From positions 269 through 64,268 of the forward strand of contig DASTFF010000020.1 in assembly GCA_035708865.1 (NCBI GenBank): a stretch of 64,000 nucleotides of DNA. Direction: 5' to 3'. Origin of the DNA: Gemmatimonadota bacterium (GTDB taxonomy: Bacteria; Gemmatimonadota; Gemmatimonadetes; JACCXV01; JAHWKZ01). Made by a program: the position numbers and the translations under genes. This document shows positions 51,735-61,753 of the stretch, one piece after another; position 1 is the stretch's first letter, and every line of letters starts with the position of its first letter. A model generated the notes under the pieces. The model was given only the letters and a program-made list of their open reading frames with translations, was not told the DNA's origin and searched no databases.

Positions 51735-52907
51735 ATGAGCGTCCGCGAGTGGACAGGGATCATCCTTGTGGGCGCAATAGGCGCCTTGGGTTGCGACAAT
51801 GACGTGGCGGGCCCAACAACTAACGCGTCGTTGGCGATCACGACGGCGACCACCGGATCACAGCTCGACCCCGATGATTACACGTTCATCGTCGATGGTG
51901 GGGCGGGGCAGTCGATCGGAATCAACGGGAGCGCGACGCTCACCGGGCTGGAACCAGGTGACCACGAAGTGGCGCTCACGGGCGTGGCGTCCAACTGCGC
52001 CGTTACCGGGTCAAATCCCCGGACCGTGACAGCAGTGGCAGACGAGACGACCACGGTGAGCTTCGACGTCGAGTGCGTGTTTGTCCTCGGAAAAATCGCT
52101 TTTGCACGCGTAAGCGAGGCCGGGATTGCTGACATCCACGTAATCCCCGGTTCGGACGGTGCCAGCTCATTGATCCAGGAACGAGGGTCAGATCCTGCGT
52201 GGTCGCCGGATGGAACCCAGATCGCCTTCACGACCTTGCGCGATGGCAACACAGAGGTCTACGTCATGCAGGCCGATGGCTCCAATCCCGTCAACCTGAC
52301 GAACAATCCGGGGTCTGACGCCGAGCCCACCTGGTCACCCGATGGAACGAAAATCGCTTTTGTAACCGATCGCGATGGCCACGGCGACATTGACAACTTC
52401 TTCGAGGTCTATGTCATGGACGCGGACGGCTCCAACCCGATCAATCTGACCAACGATCCGGGGTCGAATGACTTCAGCCCTGCCTGGTCGCCCGACGGAA
52501 CGAGGATTGCTTTCACATCGGTTCTTGGCGACTTGGGCAGGTTCGAGATCTTCGTGATGAACGCCGACGGCTCCAGCCCGGTGAACCTGACCAACAACCC
52601 CGCGGCGGACGATTTCTTCCCAGCCTGGTCCCTGGATGGCACGAAGATCGCTTTCACGACCAATCGCGACGGCATCCTCAACTCCGAGGTGTACGTCATG
52701 GATGCCGATGGCTCCAATGCTGTGAACCTCACCAACAGCCCGGCCTCCGAGGACAACCCAGATTGGTCGCCCGACGGGACCAAGATCGCTTTCACGACAA
52801 GTCGCGACGGCAATTCCGAGGTGTACGTCATGGATGCCGATGGCTCCAATCCATCGAATGTGACCAACGATCCGGGGAACGACTTCGCGCCGGCCTGGTC
52901 ACCTTAG
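51735..52907 (+). CDS. Lipoprotein with an N-terminal Ig-like domain and six PD40/TolB-type beta-propeller repeats
   Basis: MSVREWTGIILVGAIGALGC has a lipobox. Then six copies of the unit P.WSPDGT.IAF...RDG..E.YVM.ADGSNP.NLTN.P. The repeats are also visible at DNA level, with a period of about 135-145 bp. Confidence 0.8.
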   Translation: MSVREWTGIILVGAIGALGCDNDVAGPTTNASLAITTATTGSQLDPDDYTFIVDGGAGQSIGINGSATLTGLEPGDHEVALTGVASNCAVTGSNPRTVTAVADETTTVSFDVECVFVLGKIAFARVSEAGIADIHVIPGSDGASSLIQERGSDPAWSPDGTQIAFTTLRDGNTEVYVMQADGSNPVNLTNNPGSDAEPTWSPDGTKIAFVTDRDGHGDIDNFFEVYVMDADGSNPINLTNDPGSNDFSPAWSPDGTRIAFTSVLGDLGRFEIFVMNADGSSPVNLTNNPAADDFFPAWSLDGTKIAFTTNRDGILNSEVYVMDADGSNAVNLTNSPASEDNPDWSPDGTKIAFTTSRDGNSEVYVMDADGSNPSNVTNDPGNDFAPAWSP

Positions 52908-53181
52908 GGACTGCCCCTGACGGTGGGGTTGATCGCTCCGCCTGACCCAGCCCTCTACCTGAAAGGGACTCGGCCTGCGAGTGGCTACGGCGAGAAGAAA
53001 CCTTCGCGGCCGCACGGGACCCAGCGGCGCTTGGGGCGTCGAAATCTGTCACTCTAAGCCGCGAAAGCTACCGAGGCTGTTGAGTCAGCCCTGCAACTTG
53101 TTTCGACACCGGCGGTTATCCTTTAGCCGCCCCCGTTCAGCGCCCTCGTTTTCCCCTCAGGAGTGACGGGATTGTGTACCG

Positions 53182-53535
53182 ATGAGAGGGCGGCCGAGCA
53201 AGCTCACGGAGAAGCGTCGAGAGGTGATCGTGGCGGCGGTCCGGCGCGGATGCCGACTCGGCAGGGCGGCCGCCGAGGCGAAGATTGGGCGATCTACCCT
53301 CATGGAGTGGCTCCGCCGTGGGCGCGTGCCGGGAGGCGCAGGGATGACCCGCCAACGGGGGCGGAAACGGGGGCGGTGGCTCACCTACCTCGCGCAGTCG
53401 GCAGCGCAAGTGGTTGCGGTTCATCTGGTTGGTGGTGCGCCCGAGAGGATTCGAACCTCTGACCTACAGCTCCGGAGGCTGTCGCTCTATCCAGCTGAGC
53501 TACGGGCGCGAGTGACGATGGGAGAGGGAATGTAG
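53182..53535 (+). CDS. HTH-domain ORF (phage/IS-like N-terminus), probably truncated or degenerate; reads antisense across tRNA-Arg
   Basis: The first 47 aa or so, RGRPSKLTEKRREVIVAAVRRGCRLGRAAAEAKIGRSTLMEWLRRG, form a typical small HTH module. The rest is low-information text that overlaps the tRNA at 53433..53509. Confidence 0.3.
   Translation: MRGRPSKLTEKRREVIVAAVRRGCRLGRAAAEAKIGRSTLMEWLRRGRVPGGAGMTRQRGRKRGRWLTYLAQSAAQVVAVHLVGGAPERIRTSDLQLRRLSLYPAELRARVTMGEGM
53433..53509 (-). tRNA. tRNA-Arg (anticodon CCG), CCA encoded
   Basis: Reverse complement reads GCGCCCGTAGCTCAGCTGGATAGAGCGACAGCCTCCGGAGCTGT...GGTTCGAATCCTCTCGGGCGCACCA. Anticodon loop is CTCCGGA. Confidence 0.9.
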
Positions 53536-53583
53536 CGCCTCGCGCGGGGCGCGACGAGCGGCGCGTCGGCGATCCGGACGGAG

Positions 53584-53871
53584 CTAGACCGTCTGGCCCT
53601 CCATGACGAGCTCCTTGAGCTCCTTGGACGGCTTGAACGTGGGGACTGACCGGCCGGGCACGTGGACGGCGTCGCCGGTGCGCGGGTTACGGGCCTTCCG
53701 GGGCCGGCGCCGCTTGACCTTGAACGAGCCGAAGCCGCGGATCTCGATGTTCTGTTCCCGGGCCAAAGCCTGCTTCACCGCCTCGAGGAAGCCGTCCACC
53801 ACGACCGCGGTGTCCTTCTTCGTGAGCCCGGTGGCTTCCGCGATCTGTTCCACCAGATCCGCTTTGGTCAT
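53584..53871 (-). CDS. IHF/HU-family DNA-binding protein (IHF-like)
   Basis: MTKADLVEQIAEATGLTKKDTAVVVDGFLEAV...IEIRGFGSFKVKRRRPRKARNPRTGDAVHVPGRSVPTFKPSKELK. Confidence 0.9.
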   Translation of the reverse strand: MTKADLVEQIAEATGLTKKDTAVVVDGFLEAVKQALAREQNIEIRGFGSFKVKRRRPRKARNPRTGDAVHVPGRSVPTFKPSKELKELVMEGQTV

Positions 53872-53964
53872 CGATCTCTCTCCTTGAGGTCGCCCGCCGC
53901 TCGGCGTGGAGGCATCAGTCGTCTATCGGGAGCGGCCCTTAAGATACGATGGCACAAGGACTTG

Positions 53965-56900
53965 TCAACCAACGACCTGCCCCATCCACGCCTGCAGGCT
54001 GCGTACGTCCTGCCGGCCGGCAGAGGTCCGGACGGCGTCGACCGCGAAGCGCGCCGCTGAGAGCGTCGTCAGGCACGGGACGCCCGCCGACAGTGCCGCG
54101 CGCCGCAGCGCGAACTCGTCGTAGGGCGAGGCGCGGCCGAGCGGCGTGTTGATCACCAGGCCCACCTGGCCGCCGCGGATCAGGTCCACCGCATCCGGCT
54201 TCCCTTCGCCGACCTTGAGGACGAGCCCGGCTTCGACGCCCCGCTGCTGCAGCGCATCACGGGTCCCGCGGGTCGCGTAGAGGCGGACCCCCAGCCGGGC
54301 CAGCCGCACCGCGACCTCGGCGCCACCCGTCTTGTCGCGGTCGTTCAGCGACAGCAGGACGCCGCTTCGGACCGCCTCCTCCAGGTCGACACCGGCCCCC
54401 AGCATCGCCTTCAGGTAGGCGGCGGGCGCGTCTTCGGCCATCCCGATCACCTCGCCCGTCGACAGCATCTCGGGACCGAGCACCGGATCGGCGCCCGGGA
54501 AGCGGTCGAACGGGAACACCGGGGCCTTGACCGCCACCGCCAGCGGATCCGGGTCTTCGACGAGCTCCAGCTCGGCCAGCGTACGGCCGACCATGACCTG
54601 TGCGCCCAGCCGGGCCAGCGGGACGCCGACCGCCTTGCTGACGAACGGGATCGTGCGCGAGGCCCGTGGATTGACCTCGAGGACGTAGACCTCCCCCTCC
54701 CTGACCGCGAACTGCACGTTCATGAGCCCCTGGACGCCCAGCTCGAGCCCGAGCCGGCGGGTCTGCTCCCGCAGCGCGGTCCCGATCCCGGGATCGAGGT
54801 CGGGCGCTGGCAGAATGCAGGTCGAGTCCCCGCTGTGGATCCCGGCCTCCTCGATGTGCTGCATGATCGCGCCGATCACGACCCGCTCGCCGTCGGCGAT
54901 AGCGTCGACGTCGAACTCGGTCGCGCCCTCGAGGAACTCATCGATCAGGACCGGACCCTCCTCGGATACCTGGAGGACGCTCCCGAGAATCCGCTCCAGC
55001 GCGGGCTCATCCCGGACGACGACCATCCCGCGCCCGCCCAGGACATACGAGGGGCGCAGCAGCACCGGGTAGCCGACCCGCGCGGCCTCGCGGCGGGCCT
55101 CCTCCGCCGTCCGGGCGATCCCCGAGCTCGGCTGGCGCATCCCGAGCCGGGTCAGGAGCCGCCCGAACCGGTCGCGGTCCTCGCAACGGTCGATGGCGTC
55201 GGGTGAGGTGCCGATGATGCGGCCGCCGGCCTCGTCCAGCCGGCGCGCCAGCTTGAGGGGGGTCTGGCCGCCGTACTGGACCAGGATCCCGTCCGGCCGC
55301 TCCTTCTCGACGATCGCCCACACGTCCTCGAACGTGAGCGGCTCGAAGTAGAGCCGGTCGCTGATGTCGTAGTCGGTCGAGACCGTCTCCGGGTTGCAGT
55401 TCACCATGATCACGCGGTGCCCGATCTCGCGCAACGCGAACGCCGCCTGGACACAGCAGTAGTCGAACTCGATCCCCTGTCCGATCCGGTTCGGCCCCCC
55501 GCCCAGGATGAGCACCTTCGGGCCGGCGAGCGGGACGGCCTCGTCGCCGGGGTCGTAGGTCGAGTAGAAGTACGGGGTCCGGGCCTCGAACTCGCCCCCG
55601 CAGGTGTCGACGACCTTGAACGCGGGCCGGACGCCGGCTCCTTCGCGGGCGTGGCGCACCGCCGCCTCGGTCCGGCCCCAACGACGGGCCAGCCGGGCGT
55701 CGGAGAACCCCGCGCCCTTGAGCCCCCGCCACCCGCGCTCGTCGGCGGGCAGCCCCTCGTGTCCGGCGGAGACGTCGACCGCCGCCAGCCGCGCCATCTG
55801 GCTCAGGAACCAGGGGTCGATGCCGGTGCCGACCCTGAGCCGCTCCACCGGCCAGCCCCGGCGCAGCGCCTCGGCGACCAGGAGGATCCGGATCGCGCTC
55901 GGCGACTCCAGCCGCTCGGCCAGCGCGTCGTCGCCGAGCTCCGACCACTGGTCGCCGAACAGCCCGGTCGTGCCGGTCTCGAGCCCGCGCAGCCCCTTCT
56001 GGAGCGCCTCGCCGAAGGTGCGGCCGATCGCCATTGACTCGCCGACCGACTTCATCGCGGTCGTGAGCCGCGTGTCGGCGCCCGGGAACTTGGCGAAATC
56101 GAAGCGCGGCACCTTGGCCACGATGTAGTCCAAGGTCGGCTCGAACGACGCCGGCGTGGTCCCGGTGATGTCGTTCACGATCTCGTCCAGCGTGTACCCG
56201 ACCGCGAGCCGGGCCGCGATCTTGGCGATCGGGAAGCCGGTCGCCTTGGACGCAAGCGCGCTCGATCGGGAGACGCGCGGGTTCATCTCGATCACGACCT
56301 GGCGGCCGGTTCCGGGGTCGACGGCGAACTGGATGTTGGACCCGCCGGTCTCGACGCCCACCAGGCGGATCACCCGGAAGGCCGTGTCGCGCATCGCCTG
56401 GTACTCGCGGTCGCTCAGGGTCTGCTGGGGCGCCACGGTGATCGAGTCGCCCGTGTGGACGCCCATCGGGTCCAGGTTCTCGATCGAGCAGACCACCACG
56501 CAGTTGTCGGCCCGGTCGCGCATCACCTCGAGCTCGAACTCCTTCCATCCGAGCACGCTCTCCTCGATCAAGATCTCGCCGATCGGGCTCGCCCGAAGCC
56601 CGGCCGCCACCATCGACTCGAGCTCCTCGCCGGTCGTCGCCACGCCCCCGCCCGCTCCGCCCATCGTGTAAGCCGGGCGCAGGATGACCGGGAAGCCGGT
56701 GATCGCGACCACCCGCTCGGCCTCGTCCAGCGAGCGGGCGAAGCCGCCGCGCGGGACCGCGATCTCGTTCTCGATCATGAGCGCCTGGAACCGCTCCCTG
56801 TCCTCGGCCCGCTCGATGGCCTCGAGCCGGGCGCCGATCAGCTCGACCCCGTATTCGTCCAGGATCCCGGCCAGCGCCAGCTCGCGCGCCAGGTTGAGCG

Positions 56901-57183
56901 CCGTCTGGCCGCCGAGGGTCGGCAGCAGGGCCTGGGGCCGCTCCTTCTCGATCACCCGCCGGCACGTCTCGACCGTGAGCGGCTCGAGGTAGACTTGATC
57001 CGCCGACGACGGATCGGTCATGATGGTGGCCGGGTTCGAGTTGATGAGGACGACCCGGTATCCCTCGTCGGCCAGCGCACGGCACGCCTGGGTGCCCGAG
57101 TAGTCGAACTCGCACGCCTGGCCGATGACGATGGGGCCCGAGCCGATCAGCAGGATCGTCTCGAGGTCGTCCCGGCGCGGCAC
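53965..57183 (-). CDS. carB: Carbamoyl-phosphate synthase large subunit
   Basis: 1072 aa. [25 protein letters not shown], a duplicated ATP-grasp halves architecture, and a C-terminal MGS-like domain. Confidence 0.97.
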   Translation of the reverse strand: MPRRDDLETILLIGSGPIVIGQACEFDYSGTQACRALADEGYRVVLINSNPATIMTDPSSADQVYLEPLTVETCRRVIEKERPQALLPTLGGQTALNLARELALAGILDEYGVELIGARLEAIERAEDRERFQALMIENEIAVPRGGFARSLDEAERVVAITGFPVILRPAYTMGGAGGGVATTGEELESMVAAGLRASPIGEILIEESVLGWKEFELEVMRDRADNCVVVCSIENLDPMGVHTGDSITVAPQQTLSDREYQAMRDTAFRVIRLVGVETGGSNIQFAVDPGTGRQVVIEMNPRVSRSSALASKATGFPIAKIAARLAVGYTLDEIVNDITGTTPASFEPTLDYIVAKVPRFDFAKFPGADTRLTTAMKSVGESMAIGRTFGEALQKGLRGLETGTTGLFGDQWSELGDDALAERLESPSAIRILLVAEALRRGWPVERLRVGTGIDPWFLSQMARLAAVDVSAGHEGLPADERGWRGLKGAGFSDARLARRWGRTEAAVRHAREGAGVRPAFKVVDTCGGEFEARTPYFYSTYDPGDEAVPLAGPKVLILGGGPNRIGQGIEFDYCCVQAAFALREIGHRVIMVNCNPETVSTDYDISDRLYFEPLTFEDVWAIVEKERPDGILVQYGGQTPLKLARRLDEAGGRIIGTSPDAIDRCEDRDRFGRLLTRLGMRQPSSGIARTAEEARREAARVGYPVLLRPSYVLGGRGMVVVRDEPALERILGSVLQVSEEGPVLIDEFLEGATEFDVDAIADGERVVIGAIMQHIEEAGIHSGDSTCILPAPDLDPGIGTALREQTRRLGLELGVQGLMNVQFAVREGEVYVLEVNPRASRTIPFVSKAVGVPLARLGAQVMVGRTLAELELVEDPDPLAVAVKAPVFPFDRFPGADPVLGPEMLSTGEVIGMAEDAPAAYLKAMLGAGVDLEEAVRSGVLLSLNDRDKTGGAEVAVRLARLGVRLYATRGTRDALQQRGVEAGLVLKVGEGKPDAVDLIRGGQVGLVINTPLGRASPYDEFALRRAALSAGVPCLTTLSAARFAVDAVRTSAGRQDVRSLQAWMGQVVG

Positions 57184-58299
57184 CTAGACGCCTTCCCGCA
57201 TCGCCGCCACGAACGCCTCGATGTGGTGGAGGGCGTCGTGCGGCCCGGGCGCCGCCTCGGGATGGTACTGGACCGCGAACAGCGGGCGCTCGCGGTGGGC
57301 GAACCCCTCGATCGTCCCGTCGTACAGGTTGACGTGGGTGACCTCGAGCCCGGGCGCCCCGGCGACCGTCCTTCCATCCCCCTCACGGACCGAGAAGCCG
57401 TGGTTGTGGCTGGTGATGTCGATCTTCCCCGTCCGCACGTCCTGGACCGGATGGTTTCCGCCGTGATGGCCGAACTTGAGCTTGTAGGTCTCGCCGCCGT
57501 GGGCGAGCGCGAGGAGCTGGTGGCCGAGACAGATCCCGAACGTCGGGAGCCCGGGCGCGCGCCGCGCGAGCTCGGCCAGCGTCCGGATCGCGCCTTCGAC
57601 GGCCGCCGGGTCGCCGGGGCCGTTGGAGACGAAGACCCCGTCCGGCTCGAGCGCCAGGACCTCGCCAGCCGGGGTCTCGCCGGGCAGGCGGATCACCCGG
57701 CACCCCTGGGCGTCCAGCCGCCGCACGATGTTCTGCTTCATCCCGAGGTCCAGCGCCGCCACCGTCAGGGGCCCCCGGCCCTCGGTCGTGGCCGCGGCCG
57801 GCATGACCTCGCTCGCCAGGTCGAGCCCCTCCATGGCCGGGATCGAGCGCGCCCGCTCGACCGCCTCCTCGATCGGCATGGCTGCGGTCGTGAGGACGCC
57901 CCGCAGGGCGCCCCGGTCCCGCAGGTGGAGGGTCAGGGCGCGGGTGTCGATCCCGTCCACAGCCACGATCCCGTGGCGTGCCAGATACCCGGGCAGGGCC
58001 TCCACCGCCTGCCAGTTGGAGGGCTCCCGGACGCACGTCCGCATCACGAACCCGGCCACCTGCGGCCGCGGTGACTCGCCGTCGGTCGCGGTGATGCCGT
58101 AGTTCCCGATCAGCGGATAGGTCATGACCACCACCTGCCGCGTGTAGGAGGGGTCGGTCAGGACTTCCTGGTAGCCCGACATGCAGGTGTTGAACACGAA
58201 CTCGCCGGTGACGGTGCCCGCCGCGCCGGCGGGCCGCCCGCGCGCGTGCCAGCCGTCCTCGAGGGCGACCAGGGCGCTCGGCGCGGCGCTCACGGGCAA
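57184..58299 (-). CDS. carA: Carbamoyl-phosphate synthase small subunit (glutamine amidotransferase)
   Basis: SALVALEDGWHARGR...VFNTCMSGYQEVLTDPSY and the GATase triad region FGICLGHQLL...HNHGF. Start is TTG at 58299 or GTG at 58293. Confidence 0.95.
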   Translation of the reverse strand: MPVSAAPSALVALEDGWHARGRPAGAAGTVTGEFVFNTCMSGYQEVLTDPSYTRQVVVMTYPLIGNYGITATDGESPRPQVAGFVMRTCVREPSNWQAVEALPGYLARHGIVAVDGIDTRALTLHLRDRGALRGVLTTAAMPIEEAVERARSIPAMEGLDLASEVMPAAATTEGRGPLTVAALDLGMKQNIVRRLDAQGCRVIRLPGETPAGEVLALEPDGVFVSNGPGDPAAVEGAIRTLAELARRAPGLPTFGICLGHQLLALAHGGETYKLKFGHHGGNHPVQDVRTGKIDITSHNHGFSVREGDGRTVAGAPGLEVTHVNLYDGTIEGFAHRERPLFAVQYHPEAAPGPHDALHHIEAFVAAMREGV

Positions 58300-58324
58300 A
58301 AAAAAGTCTCCGCCGGGCGGAGAC
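58298..58324 (-). terminator. Intrinsic terminator (GC hairpin plus U8) between plsC and carA
   Basis: Minus strand reads GTCTCCGCccgGCGGAGAC followed by TTTTTTTT. The U-run ends at, or overlaps, the carA TTG start. Confidence 0.65.
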
Positions 58325-58409
58325 AGGCAGGCGTACGTGGGCTGTGCATTCTCATCGGTGCGTCCTTCCGGGCCTCACGGGACCACGAATTAAAGGAAGC
58401 GTTGGGAAA

Positions 58410-59135
58410 TTACCCGTGAGCGGAGGGCGCGGCAACCGGACGCTCGAGCGTCTCGATCGCCCGCCGGACCTCGTCCATGAGCGCATCCCGCGCTCCGGAT
58501 CCCCGTCCCGCGGTCGGGATGGGACGCCCGACCCGGACCTCGATCCGGCCCCGGCCGACGCTGAGCGAGCCCTTGGGCATGATCCGCTCGCTTCCCAGGA
58601 TCGCGATCGGCACGACCGGGACGCCGGCCTCGAGCGCGAGCACGAACCCGCCCTTCTTGAAGGGGAGAAGCCCGCCGCCCGGCCCGCGCGTGCCCTCCGG
58701 GAACACCAGCACGCTGATCCCCTCGCGCACCTTGCGGGCCGCTTCTCCGAGGCTCCGGATCGCGCTCTCCCGGTTCGACCGGTCGATCGGGATGAAGCCG
58801 CACATCCAGAGCGCCCAGCCGAAGATCGGGATGAAGAAGAGCTCGCGCTTGGCCACCATCCGGAGCGAGTGCCGGATAGCGAGGAACAGCGCGAAGATGT
58901 CGAACACCGACCGGTGGCTGGACATGAAGAGATAGGGACGCTCCGGATCGAGCTCGGCTTCCCGCTCCACGTCGAGCGGGATCGAGAGCCCGCGCAGGAT
59001 CATCCCCGACCAGATGCGGGCGAACCTGAGGTACAGCTCACCGCGCGGGCTGACCGGCCACGTCACCAGGCCCAGCGCCGACCAGAAGAGGGTCAGGACG
59101 ACCCCCAGCGTCCACGCGTAGGCGGTCCGCAGCAC
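58410..59135 (-). CDS. plsC: 1-acyl-sn-glycerol-3-phosphate acyltransferase
   Basis: The HxxxxD motif (SSHRSVFD) and the FPEGTRG motif are both present, along with an N-terminal TM helix. Confidence 0.85.
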   Translation of the reverse strand: MLRTAYAWTLGVVLTLFWSALGLVTWPVSPRGELYLRFARIWSGMILRGLSIPLDVEREAELDPERPYLFMSSHRSVFDIFALFLAIRHSLRMVAKRELFFIPIFGWALWMCGFIPIDRSNRESAIRSLGEAARKVREGISVLVFPEGTRGPGGGLLPFKKGGFVLALEAGVPVVPIAILGSERIMPKGSLSVGRGRIEVRVGRPIPTAGRGSGARDALMDEVRRAIETLERPVAAPSAHG

Positions 59136-59147
59136 GGAGCGGGCGCC

Positions 59148-59471
59148 TCAGGACGAGGTGTCGCTGATCTCGACGATCGTCCCGTCGTCGCCGAAGATGA
59201 TCATCGTCTTGGCGGCGATCCGCCCCTGGGCGTCGTAGCTGTAGTAGGTCCAGCGCTCGAGGCCGCCGTCCATGGTGACCCGAATCCTGGGCTCCCCGAG
59301 CTTGTTCCGAACCTCGTCCTTGGACATCCCCGCCTGGAGCGCGGCCACCGCCGTCTTCTGGGCGGCGGCGCTGTCGACCGCTTCGGCCGAGCCTTCGGGC
59401 GGGCCGCCCTGGCCGCAGCCGAGCGGCAGGGCGACGGCCAGGAGCCAGGCCGCCGGAACTCGGATCTTCAT
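59148..59471 (-). CDS. Small lipoprotein, BamE (SmpA/OmlA)-like
   Basis: MKIRVPAAWLLAVALPLGC has a lipobox. GMSKDEVRNKLGEP...W.Y resembles the BamE fold signature. Confidence 0.5.
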   Translation of the reverse strand: MKIRVPAAWLLAVALPLGCGQGGPPEGSAEAVDSAAAQKTAVAALQAGMSKDEVRNKLGEPRIRVTMDGGLERWTYYSYDAQGRIAAKTMIIFGDDGTIVEISDTSS

Positions 59472-59599
59472 CGTGTTCCTCGCATGCATGAGGTCGCGAT
59501 CTAATGACGGCATCCAGTCTAGCCGGAAGTGGAAGCCCCTGGCCAGCCCGAGAGCCGCTTCAAGGATGCCGAGACGGCTGTCCTCGTCGCGGCTCCATT

Positions 59600-61714
59600 C
59601 TAGTTCCGGAACCGCCAGTTGACGCCGAAATACCCCTCCCGTCCCGGCAGGAAGAACGCCTCCTCGGTACGGTAGTTCAGCCCGCCCACGTTCTTGAACG
59701 AAACGAAGATCGTGAAGTTGACGATCGTCCCCTGGAGGAGAACGTCGGTGGCGAGATAGGACGGCAGCGTCTCGCCGTCGATCGTCGTCCGCTCGCCGCT
59801 GTAGCGGCCGGTCAGCCGGGCCTCGACCAGCAGGTCCCGACTCGGAAAGAACCGCCTGGCGTAGCGGAGCTGGCCGAGCGCCTGGGTTTCAGGCAGGTAC
59901 GGGAGACGCTCGCCGGTTTCCGCCACCTCGACCGTCGTCCGCCGGGCGACCGCACGGGCGGCCAGCCCCCACGGCAGCGGGAACGCCACCTCACCCTCGA
60001 ACCCCGACGCCGAAAGGTCGAGCGCGTCGAAGGTGTTGAGCCCCTCCTCTCCGAGGCGGATCCCCTGGGCCTCCGGGTCGAACCCGAGCCAGACGGTGGG
60101 CGGCAGCCAGACAAATGCGCCGTCCGCGTCGGCCGACCACGCCCGCCCGGCGGCACGCCACCCTTCACCGTCGTAGGCGACCTCGCCCCTTACCTCGCGC
60201 CACGTCTCGGGGACGGTCGGCTCCGCGGGCCGGCCCGGGTGGACGTCCAGCTCCGCCTCGGCGAGCCTCCAGAGAAGCGCCATCTCGGGGAAGTCGGGCG
60301 GCCGGATCGCGCGGCCGGCGCTTAGCGAGATCTCAAGCCGCTCGATCGGCCGCCCCGTGACCCCAGCCTGCCATGCCGTGCCGTCCTCGGCCCAGTTGAC
60401 GTGGTCGAGGCGCCTGACCGCCACGTGGCCGGCGAGCCGGCCGCCGGGCAGGGTCACACCTGCTCCGCCCCCCAGCTCAAAGGTCTTGCGCGGGTTCACC
60501 AGCCCCTGCACGTCAGCGGGGGGATCCAGCAGGTTGACCCCCTGGCCGTTCACGAACAGGACGTGGCCGGACGACGCCTCCTCCTCGCCCCGGCCCGCGG
60601 CCCCCCATACCGACACCGGACCGCGTGCGAAGGTGAGGTCGAGCCGCGCGTCGGTGCGCTCGCCGGACCCCACCAGGCCGAGCACGTCGTCGAAGTCGAA
60701 GTTCTCGTCCAGGTCCAACCGCGTCCTCGCGTAGTGGGCCCGCGCGGTGAGCGGACCCAGATCGCCGACGTAGGACAGGTGCCAGGTCGAGTGGTCCTGC
60801 TCCTGGACTCCGGCCAGCCCGATCCGGTTGTCCTCGCCCGAGAAGTCATCGCCCATGCGCGAGGCCTCGAAGCGATGTCCGAGCCAGGGCCGCCAGCCCG
60901 CCTTGAGGACGGTCTGGTTGCGGGTGAAGTCCCCGGCCCCCGAGAACCCGTCCGTGCCGTCGAAGTTGGCGGCCACGAACACGTCGCCGTGCCAGGTGAC
61001 CGGACGGCCGAAGCGCCCGCTGAAAGTCTCGGTGTCGAAGGAGCCCGCCGAGAACGCCAGGAGCGAGCGGGCCGACGGGGCCAGGCTGCGGCGGGTGGTG
61101 ATCGCCAGCACGCCCGCCGTTCCCTTCCCGCCCCATACGGCCGCCTGCGGCCCGGGGAACCACGCCACCCGGGCGATCGCCTCGAGCGGGATCTGACGCA
61201 GGTCCCAGGCGGCGTTCAGCGGGTCGCCGGCCGCGACCCCGTCGACGAAAACCTCGACCCCGGAGACGGTCCCGAGCGCCGGCCCGAGATACGAGTTGAC
61301 GCCCGACCCGCCAAGGTCCAGCGACCAGACCGGGAACTCGCTCTCGAGGACGTCCAGCAGGTTGAAGGCGCCACGCCCGATCAGGGCCTCGCCGTCCAGC
61401 GTCCACGCCGGACGGGCGCCGGGCCGCGGAGCGACATAAGGGTCGATGACGGTGTCGGGATAGAACTCGGGCAGCTCGGAGAACTGCGGGCGCAGGGTGT
61501 CTCCGGGAGCCAGCGTGTCGCCGAGCAGGGTCAGCCGCGGATCCACGATCGGCACGGGGAAGGCGCCTTCGGGCGCGCCGCCCAGGCTGTCCTCCTCGGC
61601 GAGGCTGTCGGCGGCGGCCTCCTGCGCTCCGGCGGGCGACGGGAGCGCCGACGGGAGGAGAATCGCGACGACCAGGGAAACGAAGAGGCGGGGCCGGGGC
61701 ATCGGGCCGCGCAA
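59600..61714 (-). CDS. TonB-dependent-receptor-like outer-membrane beta-barrel
   Basis: Signal peptide; plug-like region (VEVFVDGVAAGDPLNAAWDLRQIPLEAIARVAWFPGPQAAVWGGKGTAGVLAITT); long beta-rich barrel ending FGVNWRFRN. Confidence 0.65.
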   Translation of the reverse strand: MRGPMPRPRLFVSLVVAILLPSALPSPAGAQEAAADSLAEEDSLGGAPEGAFPVPIVDPRLTLLGDTLAPGDTLRPQFSELPEFYPDTVIDPYVAPRPGARPAWTLDGEALIGRGAFNLLDVLESEFPVWSLDLGGSGVNSYLGPALGTVSGVEVFVDGVAAGDPLNAAWDLRQIPLEAIARVAWFPGPQAAVWGGKGTAGVLAITTRRSLAPSARSLLAFSAGSFDTETFSGRFGRPVTWHGDVFVAANFDGTDGFSGAGDFTRNQTVLKAGWRPWLGHRFEASRMGDDFSGEDNRIGLAGVQEQDHSTWHLSYVGDLGPLTARAHYARTRLDLDENFDFDDVLGLVGSGERTDARLDLTFARGPVSVWGAAGRGEEEASSGHVLFVNGQGVNLLDPPADVQGLVNPRKTFELGGGAGVTLPGGRLAGHVAVRRLDHVNWAEDGTAWQAGVTGRPIERLEISLSAGRAIRPPDFPEMALLWRLAEAELDVHPGRPAEPTVPETWREVRGEVAYDGEGWRAAGRAWSADADGAFVWLPPTVWLGFDPEAQGIRLGEEGLNTFDALDLSASGFEGEVAFPLPWGLAARAVARRTTVEVAETGERLPYLPETQALGQLRYARRFFPSRDLLVEARLTGRYSGERTTIDGETLPSYLATDVLLQGTIVNFTIFVSFKNVGGLNYRTEEAFFLPGREGYFGVNWRFRN

Positions 61715-61753
61715 GTTAGGAGCGGCCCTTGGGCCCCGCCACCGGGTCCGCGC

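Noticed and set aside
58325-58409. PyrR-type binding loop or an obvious antiterminator upstream of the carA terminator.
   Set aside because: I could not find the conserved PyrR recognition sequence, or a segment complementary to the terminator's 5' arm, by eye. The terminator itself is kept as a finding, but the specific PyrR mechanism is not supported.
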